Assembly: GCA_021513715.1 (NCBI GenBank)
Contig: CP084167.1
Coordinates: forward strand, 1,664,001 to 1,728,000
Reading direction: 5' to 3'
Source: Candidatus Heimdallarchaeum endolithica
Lineage (GTDB): Archaea > Asgardarchaeota > Heimdallarchaeia > Heimdallarchaeales > Heimdallarchaeaceae
Length of the DNA: 64,000 bases
Below, piece after piece: positions 40,900 through 50,695 of the stretch. Below the pieces are notes generated by a model. It did no database searches. It saw only the letters and a list, made by a program, of their open reading frames with translations, and was not told the origin of the DNA. The translations under genes were made by a program, and so were the position numbers. The first letter of the stretch is position 1. Every line of letters starts with the position of its first letter.

Positions 40900-42045
40900 T
40901 TGAGCGCACAAGGACTGATTGAACACGCACGCAAATTTGCAAAAAAAGCTTATGAACTTGATAAAGCAAAACAGTACAATGAAGCAATACCACTTTATCT
41001 TGACGCAGCAGAAGCTCTAATGAAAGCAATAAAATTTGAAAGGAACCCACAAGTAGGAAAAACATTAAAGAAAAAAGCTGAGATGTACATTGAACGAGCA
41101 AAAGATCTAAAAGAAATTATTGAGAAAAAAGCTGAGAAGGGAACAGAAACAGGTTCAAACGAGGAATCTGACAAATTAGAAGGAGCAATTAGCGATATAA
41201 TAGTGACAGAAAAACCATCAGTTACTTTAGATGATATTGCTGGATTAGAAGAAGCAAAACAGAATCTCAGAGAAGCCATAGTTTTACCCCTTGTAAGACC
41301 AGACCTGTTTAGTGGCGCAAGAAGACCATGGAAAGGGATTTTACTCTTTGGTCCGCCAGGTTGTGGAAAAACTCTTTTAGCAAAAGCAACAGCAGCAGAA
41401 GTAGAAGCTACTTTTTTTAATGTCAGTGCAGCAGCAGTTATATCAAAATGGTTAGGAGAATCTGAAAAATTAGTTCATACTCTATTCAAAATTGCGCGTG
41501 AAAAGCAACCAAGTATAATTTTCATTGATGAAGTAGATGCTCTTACTGGTTCACGTGGAGGTGAACATGATGCCATGCGCAGAGTTAAGACAGAATTATT
41601 AACATCTATGGACGGTTTGTCTAGTTCTGCTAAAGATCGTCTTGTTGTTATTGGAGCAACTAACCTTCCTGAGTCAATTGATGGAGCTTTTCGCCGTCGT
41701 TTTGAACGTCGTATTTACATTAAACTTCCTGATTTTGAAGCACGTAAAGCTATCTTTCAATTAAATGTGAAAGGAGTGGACTTAGCTTCAGATGTTGATT
41801 TTGAATCTCTAGCAGAGATTACAGAAGGTTATTCTGGAGCAGATATTGCTATGGTTTGCCGCGATGCTATTATGACCCCTATTCGTGAACTTGATTTATC
41901 CGGAAACATTCATGACCCCAATATTAAAGCCAGACCAGTCACGCAAAAAGATTTTCTTGAGTCTATTCAATCAGTTAATCCTTCTGTAAGTGCAGATGAA
42001 ATCAAGAAATATGAAAAATGGAATGAAGAATTTGGTTCTGCATAA
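40900..42045 (+). CDS. vps4: Vps4 AAA+ ATPase with MIT domain
   Basis: MIT (A...D....Y.EA...Y), PWKGILLFGPPGCGKT, SKWLGESEK, FIDEVD, RRRFERRIY, C-terminal EFG. Confidence 0.96.
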   Translation: MSAQGLIEHARKFAKKAYELDKAKQYNEAIPLYLDAAEALMKAIKFERNPQVGKTLKKKAEMYIERAKDLKEIIEKKAEKGTETGSNEESDKLEGAISDIIVTEKPSVTLDDIAGLEEAKQNLREAIVLPLVRPDLFSGARRPWKGILLFGPPGCGKTLLAKATAAEVEATFFNVSAAAVISKWLGESEKLVHTLFKIAREKQPSIIFIDEVDALTGSRGGEHDAMRRVKTELLTSMDGLSSSAKDRLVVIGATNLPESIDGAFRRRFERRIYIKLPDFEARKAIFQLNVKGVDLASDVDFESLAEITEGYSGADIAMVCRDAIMTPIRELDLSGNIHDPNIKARPVTQKDFLESIQSVNPSVSADEIKKYEKWNEEFGSA

Positions 42046-42057
42046 AGAGGTGATTAT

Positions 42058-42858
42058 ATGGCTACAATGGAAAAACAAAAAGATAATGAATTCGAGCAAA
42101 TTAATCTTGAAAAATTAAAAGAAGAAAAAAAAATATCAGAGGATAAACTTAAGCTTATTGAAGCTAGTATTAAAGGATTAAAAGTTTCAGAAGAAGAACT
42201 GAAGTCCACGAAACCTATCGTTAGAGAGGAAGCAAGATTAGAGCTAACAGAAGACACAAAGATTAGGCTAATTAAAGAATTTGAGCAAAGTTTACCTGAT
42301 TGGGTTAACAAGCCTTGGATGTATGTTACTCCAAAAAAGGCAAACCAAGTTGAGTCATGGTTAGATAGTTGGTCATCAGTCATGCTTGATTACACAAAGA
42401 GATTCGTCATCCATATTGTAAATGTCAATTCTCTTAGAGAGACTTATCCTTTTAGCAATAAGAAAATAAAAAAAGAACTAACAATTGATCAGATTCGTGA
42501 TATCATCGATTTTCTTGAAACAAAGGGATTTGCTCTTTGGATAAACGATAGAACTAAATTCTTTGAAAAACTTTTGGCAAAAATACTTGGAAAGCCTTTA
42601 ACTAAAAAGATTCGTGCAAAGATTGAATGGAAAACAAAGGAAGAATTTGCTGAAGATTTACTTAAATGGATGATTGAAACAGGAAGAGTGGTTGAAGTTC
42701 ACTCTTTATATGACTTAACAAGATATGAACAACCTTGGTCTTCCTTACCTTCTGATGATTTAATCAACGTATGTAATTTACTTGTAGAAAAAGGATCAGC
42801 TAGATGGTTAAATAGAGAAAAAACAATAATTGCTTTCGAAGCGACCAAAGTTTTTTAA
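42058..42858 (+). CDS. vps25: ESCRT-II Vps25-like protein with N-terminal extension
   Basis: P......QVESWLDSWSSVMLDY, PFSNKKIKKEL, W.T.EE.A..L.KW, V.SLYDL. Confidence 0.8.
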   Translation: MATMEKQKDNEFEQINLEKLKEEKKISEDKLKLIEASIKGLKVSEEELKSTKPIVREEARLELTEDTKIRLIKEFEQSLPDWVNKPWMYVTPKKANQVESWLDSWSSVMLDYTKRFVIHIVNVNSLRETYPFSNKKIKKELTIDQIRDIIDFLETKGFALWINDRTKFFEKLLAKILGKPLTKKIRAKIEWKTKEEFAEDLLKWMIETGRVVEVHSLYDLTRYEQPWSSLPSDDLINVCNLLVEKGSARWLNREKTIIAFEATKVF

Positions 42859-42940
42859 TCTTGATTTTTGGTTCACCACCTTTTTTTGTGTTATAATGCT
42901 ATGTTTAAAAATTATATATGAAATAGACTTTTGAGATAAT

Positions 42941-43339
42941 ATGTCTTTAGACGATGAAGAATTACAAAGAATTAGAGAAAGAAAAGCACAGCAACTTAAA
43001 CAGATATTAGAGCAAAGAAAATCTAAAATGGAACAATTAAAGCAAGAGGAAACAGCACCAAAAGGAATTACAAAAGATGACAAATATCGCTTAATGAACT
43101 ATTTTCTCACAGATGATGCTTTCACTTACTGGAAGAGTTTATATGAAAATCCAGAAAAGCATAATACTGCTGAAACAATTTTCATTAATCTGCTCTATTT
43201 AATCAAAATTGGCTTTATGGAAGGTAAACTTATTTCCCTATTAGGTATTAAAAAATTGGAGAGAAAAATCGATAATATTCCTTCTAAAATCACAATTAAG
43301 CGAAAAGGAGAAAAAGAGAAATCTAAAATTTTGGATTAA
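42941..43339 (+). CDS. PDCD5-like protein
   Basis: DEELQRIRERKAQQL N-terminus, LT.DA, KITIKRK. Confidence 0.7.
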   Translation: MSLDDEELQRIRERKAQQLKQILEQRKSKMEQLKQEETAPKGITKDDKYRLMNYFLTDDAFTYWKSLYENPEKHNTAETIFINLLYLIKIGFMEGKLISLLGIKKLERKIDNIPSKITIKRKGEKEKSKILD

Positions 43340-43415
43340 CAATTAGTTTTTAATTATTAGGTTACATTTATTTACTATAATGAAAATAAAGTATTAAAAA
43401 GGAGTTGGTGGATAA

Positions 43416-43652
43416 ATGAAGTTAAGTATTGTCACCGCAATAGGAGGAGGTCTTTTAGAATTAGATGTTGACAGCCATCAAACAATTGCACAACTTAAAA
43501 GAGAAGTTTCAAGAATGAAAAAAATACCTGCAAATACTGTTATTTTAGTTCATCATGGTCAACAATTAGATGATGGTGAAACAATTAAGAGTTGTGGCTT
43601 GCAAGAAGGAGATAAACTCTATCTAATTGCAAGAACTAAAGGTGGATTTTAA
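43416..43652 (+). CDS. Ubiquitin-like protein (precursor ending GG-F)
   Basis: TIAQLK, IP....LVHHGQQLDDGETI..CGLQEGDKLYL, RTKGGF. Confidence 0.93.
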   Translation: MKLSIVTAIGGGLLELDVDSHQTIAQLKREVSRMKKIPANTVILVHHGQQLDDGETIKSCGLQEGDKLYLIARTKGGF

Positions 43653-43728
43653 GTTCTCTTATTTTAAAATTTTTTTAGAAGAATAGAAACTATTTTATTG
43701 CTTGTAAAAGATTTTTTTGTGAAAGTAG

Positions 43729-44733
43729 ATGTCTAAAGAAGGTAGATACGCAAGACAGACTCTCATACCTGGTTGGGACCAGAAGAAGCTTAACAAATCA
43801 ACAGCTATTGTTGTTGGTGTAGGAGCTATAGGATCTTATGTGGCAACTATTTTAGTTTCTTCAGGAGTAAAAAACCTTATTCTAATTGATTTTGACACCA
43901 TTGAAATCTCTAATCTTAATCGTCAGTTACTATTTCGGGATAAAGACATAGGAAAATCAAAATCTGAAATTGCAGCTATAAGATTGTCTGAATTGAATCC
44001 CGATATTAACATTAGTTTTTATCATGAGAAGATGCAAAATGTACCTATTTCTATTTATAAAAAGTCAGACATAATCGTTGCTTGTCTTGATACCTTCATT
44101 GGAAGAAGATGGATAAACTCACTTGCTGTTAAGATAAATAAACCTTTAATTTTAGGGGGAATGTTTGCTTTTTTGGGAGATGTTCAAGTTGTTTTACCAA
44201 AAAAAACTGCTTGTTTCGAATGTCAACCTTTAGTAGCAGAAAGAGAACTTGCTCAAGCATGTACTCCCTTCGGTGAAGAAAGAGAAAAAGATAGAAAAGA
44301 CAAAGAAGAAGAAGCAAAACTACCTTCCGTAGCCACATTGTCTGCGATTATTGGGGGGATTATGGCACAAGAAGCCTTGAAACTTCTTTTAAACATAGGC
44401 GAACCAATTAAGAATTATCTGTTTTATGACGGATTACACAATGCAACAACGATAATTGAACTTGCAAGAAGAGAAAAGGATTGTCCAACTTGTGGAGAAT
44501 TATATGAACTAGAGCAAGTTGAATTTGTAGTAAACAAAAATAACACAATAAAAGAATTATTGGTTCAATTAGGATTACAATTTGGACTTGAGAATCCAGA
44601 TATCATGATTAAAGGAAAAATACTCCCTCATGATTCAAAAATCCAAGAACTAGGTATTAGAAACAACATGAAAGTGTTTGTAATGGATAAGAATTTAGCC
44701 TCACCAATCAAGTTGAAGTTAAAAATAGAATAA
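43729..44733 (+). CDS. E1-like ubiquitin-activating enzyme with C-terminal ubiquitin-fold domain
   Basis: RYARQ, GVGAIG, DFDTIEISNLNRQ, CFEC, catalytic ACT, CPTC. Confidence 0.92.
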   Translation: MSKEGRYARQTLIPGWDQKKLNKSTAIVVGVGAIGSYVATILVSSGVKNLILIDFDTIEISNLNRQLLFRDKDIGKSKSEIAAIRLSELNPDINISFYHEKMQNVPISIYKKSDIIVACLDTFIGRRWINSLAVKINKPLILGGMFAFLGDVQVVLPKKTACFECQPLVAERELAQACTPFGEEREKDRKDKEEEAKLPSVATLSAIIGGIMAQEALKLLLNIGEPIKNYLFYDGLHNATTIIELARREKDCPTCGELYELEQVEFVVNKNNTIKELLVQLGLQFGLENPDIMIKGKILPHDSKIQELGIRNNMKVFVMDKNLASPIKLKLKIE

Positions 44734-44743
44734 AAAGAGAAAA

Positions 44744-45469
44744 TTAAGTATGTGATAAACCAGGAAAATAGTATTTTGTTCCTTCAGCATAGGAACTATC
44801 AACTCTTGCTATACCACTTTCTTCGAAAAACGATAAACAACGATTAATTCTTTCTTCTGCCCACCCTGTCCGAAGTAACAGATCTTCTTTTGTTACAAAA
44901 CCTGTTCTAGAGGCCATATTTAATATCACATCATGATCTGGGCTAAACTCAACAGGTGCAAATTCAACTAATTTTACACCAGATTCTAAAACTTTGAAAG
45001 GTGGGATTAATTTTGAATTTATTAATTTATCTAGTGAACGATATAAATCATCAATTGTAACTAGTTTTCCTGGTCTTGCTTTATTTAGTTGGGTAAAAAG
45101 TTCTCCTACAGACATAATTCCTCCATTTTCTTCTATAAGTTTTTGACCTAAATCCATTATTTCGTTTGCTAAAACATCATAGAAGCCTTTTCCTGTCAAT
45201 CTGTCTTTTAGAGTTGGTGCTTCTTTCCATTCATATCTACCTATTTCCGTAGGCAATCCGAGCTCTTCTCGAAGGCCAGCTAATTTTTCATAATATTCTT
45301 TATTTTCAACAATCTTATCTCCATATTTCTTTTCAAATTTCTTTAGTTGTTTTTTTACTTGCTTAATATTTTCCAGCATTTGTTCTAATTCTTTTATCAT
45401 TAATTCGGCTTCTTTAACTTGGAAAGCTGATTTCACTTTTAATTTCTTTTCAATATCTCTCAAGCCCAA
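44744..45469 (-). CDS. ESCRT-II Vps22/36-like (EAP30) protein
   Basis: F..KYG..I, FYDVLANEI, NGGIMS..EL, FSPDH.VIL, GW..ER....L, YYFPGL. Confidence 0.88.
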   Translation of the reverse strand: MGLRDIEKKLKVKSAFQVKEAELMIKELEQMLENIKQVKKQLKKFEKKYGDKIVENKEYYEKLAGLREELGLPTEIGRYEWKEAPTLKDRLTGKGFYDVLANEIMDLGQKLIEENGGIMSVGELFTQLNKARPGKLVTIDDLYRSLDKLINSKLIPPFKVLESGVKLVEFAPVEFSPDHDVILNMASRTGFVTKEDLLLRTGWAEERINRCLSFFEESGIARVDSSYAEGTKYYFPGLSHT

Positions 45470-45540
45470 CTTTAATCACTATTTTTTATTTGTCAGTGAG
45501 ATATAAAAAATATACTATTTAAATTAGCAATTATTCAGAG

Positions 45541-45849
45541 CTAAAAAAGAAGAGGAAGCCTTCTAATCCATTCTTTAATTGAATTTGTGAGTTTTTTAGA
45601 TTCATTTGGAGGAAGAAAAGCAGCTAGTTTATTCTTATATTTTTTGTATAGCTTCTGATAAACACTATCCATTTCATCAACAATTGTATCATTTACTAAA
45701 TTGATTTTCTTAACAAGGTGCTTTATTTCTTCTAGTTCCTCTAAAATATATGAGCAGTCTATTTTTATTTCTAAGAGATCCATCAATTCAAATAAACTAT
45801 CCTTTGCTTTATTATAGGTATTTTCCAAAGATTTTCTCCTAGAAATCAT
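45541..45849 (-). CDS. Hypothetical helical protein within the ESCRT-I/II operon
   Basis: 102-aa ORF with GAGGAG SD, co-oriented between ESCRT-I and Vps22/36. Confidence 0.6.
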   Translation of the reverse strand: MISRRKSLENTYNKAKDSLFELMDLLEIKIDCSYILEELEEIKHLVKKINLVNDTIVDEMDSVYQKLYKKYKNKLAAFLPPNESKKLTNSIKEWIRRLPLLF

Positions 45850-45886
45850 GGCTACTCCTCTAAAAAGGGTGGATAAAAAGATAGAG

Positions 45887-47305
45887 TTACATATCTTTTA
45901 GAATCCGTCTAAATTCGTTTAACCATCTTGATGCTTGAAATTCTAGTTTATCACAATCATCTTCATTTATTATCTCATTAGGTTTATAATTTGAGAGAAT
46001 ATCTTTCCAGTTTTTCATATCTTCCATCATCCAATGATCTTGCGGAATAGAAGGAAATGAATGTAACACATGAATTAGTTCTTCTACATCAGATAACAAT
46101 AGATCAGCACGCGCAACAGATTTAAGTCTTGTTAGATCAATTAATTCAATTGCAGCAGAAACAAAATCTGCTGTTTTTGCAGGCATTTTCTTCAAGGATT
46201 CAAATGGTATCATCTCTACATCTTTCGCTCCTGTTCCCTCTGCCATTTGTAACAATCTCATTCCTTTATCAAACCTATTAAACAGATTTTCTCTTTCAAC
46301 AAATGAATCAAGATCAAATCCGCCTAAATCTTCTAATTTCATTCTTGTTTTGAATACTGTTCTTATTAATGATCTTAGCTGTTTCTTATATGCAACTTGT
46401 TCAATTTCGCCATTTTCATATCCCCTTGCCAGATTATCTAGTGTTACAATTGCTGCATATAAATCAGCTTCAAAATCCAATCTTTTTTCCAAATCAATAG
46501 GCATTACTTGTCCTCCAACATTTTCTAAATAAGCTATTTTTTTATTTGTCTTATAACTTTCCACTGAATATTTCCTATATAGTTTCAAGTAATCAACACT
46601 TGAAAGATCTCCATCATCAAATTTCTCATTTAACAGCTCTAATAAATCATTTGATGCTCTTGAACTTGCTTTTAGATCATCTAATACTGAAATTGTAAGT
46701 TCTTTTAATGAATGAGAAGGTTCAGCTTTTTTGATAAGAGCAGCTCTTTTTTTCTCTATCTGCTTATTTAATTCGTTTATTTGATGCTGATATGCTTCTA
46801 TTTCAGCTTCTATAGTGCTTTTTTCAATTGATGTTTGGCTCCTTTCGTTAAAGGTTGGAACACTTTGTTTGCTCACAGTATGATGAGAAACTGTTCTTGG
46901 TTCTATAGGTTGAACTACAGACCTAGACACACTCCTAGCTGTAGACATATGTTTAGTCCTTAACGGTCTCGCAGGAACATTAGCGAACAATCGTCGAACA
47001 TCATTTATAACTTGATATATATGATAACGTGGTTTCCATTGAGCTAGTATTTGTAAACTAAGAAAATCATTATCATCAACATTAGGATGATTTACTTTAG
47101 GAGTGATCTCAACTTGAGGAGGAATCCTTGGGAATTCTGGAGAAATATATATTGTAGCATAGACAGTAATATTAGTTCCTTGAATTATTCCTACAGGTCC
47201 TTTCCACTTTCGCAAATTGCCTCCAACTGGTTCAAAACCTTCAACATTATTATAAATTAATTGCATCTCATTAGCAAGAATCTGATCTAGAGAAATTTGT
47301 CTCAC
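45887..47305 (-). CDS. Fused ESCRT-I protein: UEV + coiled coil + Vps23/37-like + Vps28
   Basis: E2 fold FPRIPP..HPNV...LSLQIL..W with the catalytic Cys replaced by Ser; steadiness-box-like YLKLYR; Vps28-like ADLYAAIVTLDNL..YE and FVSAAIELIDL. Confidence 0.85.
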   Translation of the reverse strand: MRQISLDQILANEMQLIYNNVEGFEPVGGNLRKWKGPVGIIQGTNITVYATIYISPEFPRIPPQVEITPKVNHPNVDDNDFLSLQILAQWKPRYHIYQVINDVRRLFANVPARPLRTKHMSTARSVSRSVVQPIEPRTVSHHTVSKQSVPTFNERSQTSIEKSTIEAEIEAYQHQINELNKQIEKKRAALIKKAEPSHSLKELTISVLDDLKASSRASNDLLELLNEKFDDGDLSSVDYLKLYRKYSVESYKTNKKIAYLENVGGQVMPIDLEKRLDFEADLYAAIVTLDNLARGYENGEIEQVAYKKQLRSLIRTVFKTRMKLEDLGGFDLDSFVERENLFNRFDKGMRLLQMAEGTGAKDVEMIPFESLKKMPAKTADFVSAAIELIDLTRLKSVARADLLLSDVEELIHVLHSFPSIPQDHWMMEDMKNWKDILSNYKPNEIINEDDCDKLEFQASRWLNEFRRILKDM

Positions 47306-47448
47306 CTTTACTCTTCTATTATGTTATAAACTTCAAAGTTTAAAAAATATTGCATTTGAAAAAAGAGTTTCTTTTTGCGTATCTAAAAGATTTAATAAAA
47401 AACTTGATTGCAATTAGAAATAAATTTCATATTTAGGAACAAAACTTT

Positions 47449-47991
47449 TCATTTTTTATTTTTCACTAAAAGCGTAGCTAGTTGTACAAATGCTTCTTGA
47501 ACATGTTCTCCAGTAAGAGCACTTGTTTTTATGAAATCCAAACTATTAATTTTGTTTTGCAATGATTTACATTCATCATCAGAAACAGCGATTTTGTCTT
47601 CTAAATCATTTTTATTTCCAACTAAAATAGTTAGGGTATTCTTTCCACAATTCTTAACAAGTTCAGAGTTCCACTTTTCTAGATCAGTTAGTGTGGAATT
47701 TCTAGTTAAATCAAAAACCATTAACGCTGCTTTTGCTCCTTTAAAGAAAGTATGTCTTATAAACCTAAATCTATCTTGCCCTGCTAGATCCCAAATTGAA
47801 AGAGCTACAACTGTATTATCTTTTAACGTAACGAATTTCTCACTTGGTTCCATACCTATTGTCATCAGATAACTTTGTTCAAAACGATTATGAACGAAAC
47901 GTTGTACTAGAGATGTTTTTCCTACAGCTGCTGCACCTAACAGGAGTATTTTAAAATTAAAATCTGGACGAATTGAACGCATTATTCTCAA
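47449..47991 (-). CDS. Rab-like small GTPase
   Basis: GAAAVGKTS, TIG, WDLAGQDRF, GNKND, TSA; no C-terminal Cys prenylation motif. Confidence 0.93.
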   Translation of the reverse strand: MRIMRSIRPDFNFKILLLGAAAVGKTSLVQRFVHNRFEQSYLMTIGMEPSEKFVTLKDNTVVALSIWDLAGQDRFRFIRHTFFKGAKAALMVFDLTRNSTLTDLEKWNSELVKNCGKNTLTILVGNKNDLEDKIAVSDDECKSLQNKINSLDFIKTSALTGEHVQEAFVQLATLLVKNKK

Positions 47992-47994
47992 CTT

Positions 47995-48291
47995 TTACAT
48001 TTTTTTTGCTTTAACAAGTTCTTCTTTTAAACTCTTAAGATAGTGTTGTTCAAACCTTTCTTCTGCTCGTTTAATTGTGGTAAGAGAGATGCAGAGGTCT
48101 AGTATAAACTCGTATTGCTCTTTCTTCTCTTTTTGTGGTTTAAATGCTTTAAATTTCTTTAACAAATGTTCTGCTAACTTTGATGCTTCTTTTTTTGTCA
48201 ATGTTCCTTGTTCATATAAATTAATAATTAACTCCATTTTTTCGATGGTAACATCATTATTAATTTCTTTTAGCGACAAGATTTTACTCAT
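47995..48291 (-). CDS. Hypothetical protein immediately upstream of the GTPase
   Basis: 98-aa helical ORF ending 3 bp before the GTPase start. Confidence 0.6.
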   Translation of the reverse strand: MSKILSLKEINNDVTIEKMELIINLYEQGTLTKKEASKLAEHLLKKFKAFKPQKEKKEQYEFILDLCISLTTIKRAEERFEQHYLKSLKEELVKAKKM

Positions 48292-48508
48292 ATACTATCT
48301 ATTCATTTTTTTCTGTTAATATATGTTTTGCTGTTAAACTGTTTAGAAAATTACTACTGGGGTTTATAAGCAAATAAAAATCAAATACTTTCTTATTGAA
48401 TCTTTAGTAAGAGAATTAAACAAAAACAACCTCAAAAAAGTAAAAAAATAAAAATAGAACTATTTTTTGGGTGAAATATAAATTTAAAAACAGAAAAAAA
48501 ATTTAGGG

Positions 48509-49219
48509 ATGATGACAAAAAAAACAATACTTGCTTGTTTTGCTCATCCAGATGATGAATTAGGTTGTATTGGAACCTTAGCAAATCATGCGAAAAATGG
48601 AGATAGGGTTGTAATTGCTTGGACAACTAGTGGAGAAATGGCTTCTTTTTTTGAAGGAATGAGTTTTGACGAGGTAAAAGAGATAAGAGAAAAACAAGGA
48701 AAAGAAATTGGTAAAATTATTGGAAGTAATGTAGAAACTATTTTTTTAGGTTATGGCGATACAGAAGTTATCCCCACAAGAGAAAATGCAATTAAAATGG
48801 CCAAAATTATTGCTAAAATCAAACCAGACGCTGTAATTAGCTGGGGATTCAATAACAGGCACCCAGACCATAGAGGAACAGTACAGTTATTGTATGACGC
48901 TATGACATATGCTAGAATCCCAAGAATAACAAACCCTGACCCCCCGCATAGACCGCCATTTCATATTCCTATGTTCTTATATTATGAGAAAATCAGCCCT
49001 TTGCGAACAGTTTACGTTGATATCAGCGAGACCTATCCTCAAGTGGAAAAAGCATTTAAGCTTTATGCTGATTTCTATGGATGGTCAGTAAAAGATTGGA
49101 TTCATGTAAGAAGAAGAACAGATGGTATGGATTGTGGAGTAAAATTTGCAGAGAAATTTAATGTTTTTTCAAGATATGAACCCTATTCATCACTATTACC
49201 TATAAATAATGATGAATAG
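48509..49219 (+). CDS. PIG-L/LmbE-family deacetylase
   Basis: AHPDDE, TSGE, HPDH, AEKF. Confidence 0.92.
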   Translation: MMTKKTILACFAHPDDELGCIGTLANHAKNGDRVVIAWTTSGEMASFFEGMSFDEVKEIREKQGKEIGKIIGSNVETIFLGYGDTEVIPTRENAIKMAKIIAKIKPDAVISWGFNNRHPDHRGTVQLLYDAMTYARIPRITNPDPPHRPPFHIPMFLYYEKISPLRTVYVDISETYPQVEKAFKLYADFYGWSVKDWIHVRRRTDGMDCGVKFAEKFNVFSRYEPYSSLLPINNDE

Positions 49220-49257
49220 ACAGAATTAAAAAAAAACAGCGTTAATATTTTCTTTTT

Positions 49258-49890
49258 CTATTTATCATCAGTATTTTGCTTCTCTTCTTTTTCTTCGTCA
49301 TTTTCTTCATTGTCTTCTTCAAAAAAGTCATCATCAAACATTAATACACTATCTAAAACTGAATCAAGTGAAGGTCTTTCAGGAGGAGTTAGAGGTATGT
49401 CTCCTTTATCAGCAACAGAAATATCTAAAGATGAAAGATCAGCTCTCGCTCTTCTTCTTGCCGTAGGAGATGTACTTACATATTGGATATTTTTTAACAT
49501 TGATTTAACTGAACTGATTTCTTCTTTCAAGTCTTGCAGAGAACTGAGCGCATTAATTTTTTCTAAAAGTTCATCTACTTTTTCTAACTCTTTTTTAGTT
49601 TTCTCTTCAAACTTTTTACTTGTTTCAGTTATTTTTGCAAATTGACCATCAGTTATATTTATTCGTCTAGAAATTGAGGGTTCAGTGGGTTTAAAAAATA
49701 ATGCAGGAGAAGCTTTTAGTTCTTCAAGAGAACCAAATTTTTCGCTATGGTGAGCCTTGATTGACGCAAGAATAGCAGTTATAGGATTTCCGTATTCAGT
49801 CATTAAATCTTCAATCATATCCCATATTGCTACAGGAATTGGTACTTCTATTATTCTAGCTATTCTTTGCTTCTTTTTTTGAGAATACAT
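49258..49890 (-). CDS. Hypothetical coiled-coil protein with acidic C-terminal tail
   Basis: Central heptads, PPERP, DDDFFEEDNEENDEE. Confidence 0.65.
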   Translation of the reverse strand: MYSQKKKQRIARIIEVPIPVAIWDMIEDLMTEYGNPITAILASIKAHHSEKFGSLEELKASPALFFKPTEPSISRRINITDGQFAKITETSKKFEEKTKKELEKVDELLEKINALSSLQDLKEEISSVKSMLKNIQYVSTSPTARRRARADLSSLDISVADKGDIPLTPPERPSLDSVLDSVLMFDDDFFEEDNEENDEEKEEKQNTDDK

Positions 49891-50126
49891 TACTTTCTAC
49901 CAAACTAATTAGTGTTTTGAGTATTTAATTAAAGACCGCTAATTTACAATCTCTGATAATACTTCTCCGTATATAAATATACTTTTTAATCTACTAAAAC
50001 AAAAAATGACAAATATTAAACAATAAGAAACATTTTCCCTTAATTAAAAAACATAAACAGTAAGAATAAGAAGATAAAGTAGAAAGGAAGGATCCTTTCT
50101 CTCTCTCCCTTTAAATTTAATTTATA

Positions 50127-50399
50127 CTATGCAGTGTCTGTTACTTTGCTTTCTTCGTGTAGGAAATCAAAAGTTTCACGTAACTCAGGAGCTAAGTAAT
50201 AATAGACTGACCGCATATCAGATAGATTAGACATTTTCTTTAGAATGCCTTTTTCTAGAAGGCGCCTAATACCATAACGAACAGTTCGTTCTGGTTGTTC
50301 TACAGATGCTAAGATCTGTTTCTGTGTCATTGGTCCTTTTTCGTCCAATACTTTTATTATATCTTCTCCGCCTCGGGGTAATTTTCGTCTTTTCATCAT
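50127..50399 (-). CDS. Winged helix-turn-helix transcription regulator
   Basis: GPMTQKQI, PERTVRYGIRRL, DMRSVYY; GGTGA SD. Confidence 0.88.
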   Translation of the reverse strand: MMKRRKLPRGGEDIIKVLDEKGPMTQKQILASVEQPERTVRYGIRRLLEKGILKKMSNLSDMRSVYYYLAPELRETFDFLHEESKVTDTA

Positions 50400-50695
50400 G
50401 ATTCACCTTTTTTTGTTCATCTAGTGTTTCTACACTAGCTTTTACACGTGCATATTGAGCGTAACTCAATCAAACTACTGGGTTTATAAACTTTTGCCTA
50501 GTCCGAGAGCATATCTACTAATACAATGAATACGTATCATCGCTGCGTATGTTTAAACACACGCACAACTCGGACATAGGAAAACGCCCAAACCCCAAGT
50601 TTATTGAAGTTACTGTTGCTCAGTGTATACTTTCCTCATTTAAATATATAATAATTTCTATATAACAAAACGAAAAAATTAGAAATATTTTTATT

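Noticed and set aside
49258-49890. Possible WASP/VCA-like actin regulator (Pro motif plus acidic tail)
   Set aside because: No convincing WH2 LKKV-type motif or terminal Trp, and it is 12 kb from actin.
50628-50638. GAGGAAAGT on the minus strand, resembling the RNase P RNA P4 5' motif
   Set aside because: No matching 3' P4 motif or complementary strand was found downstream.
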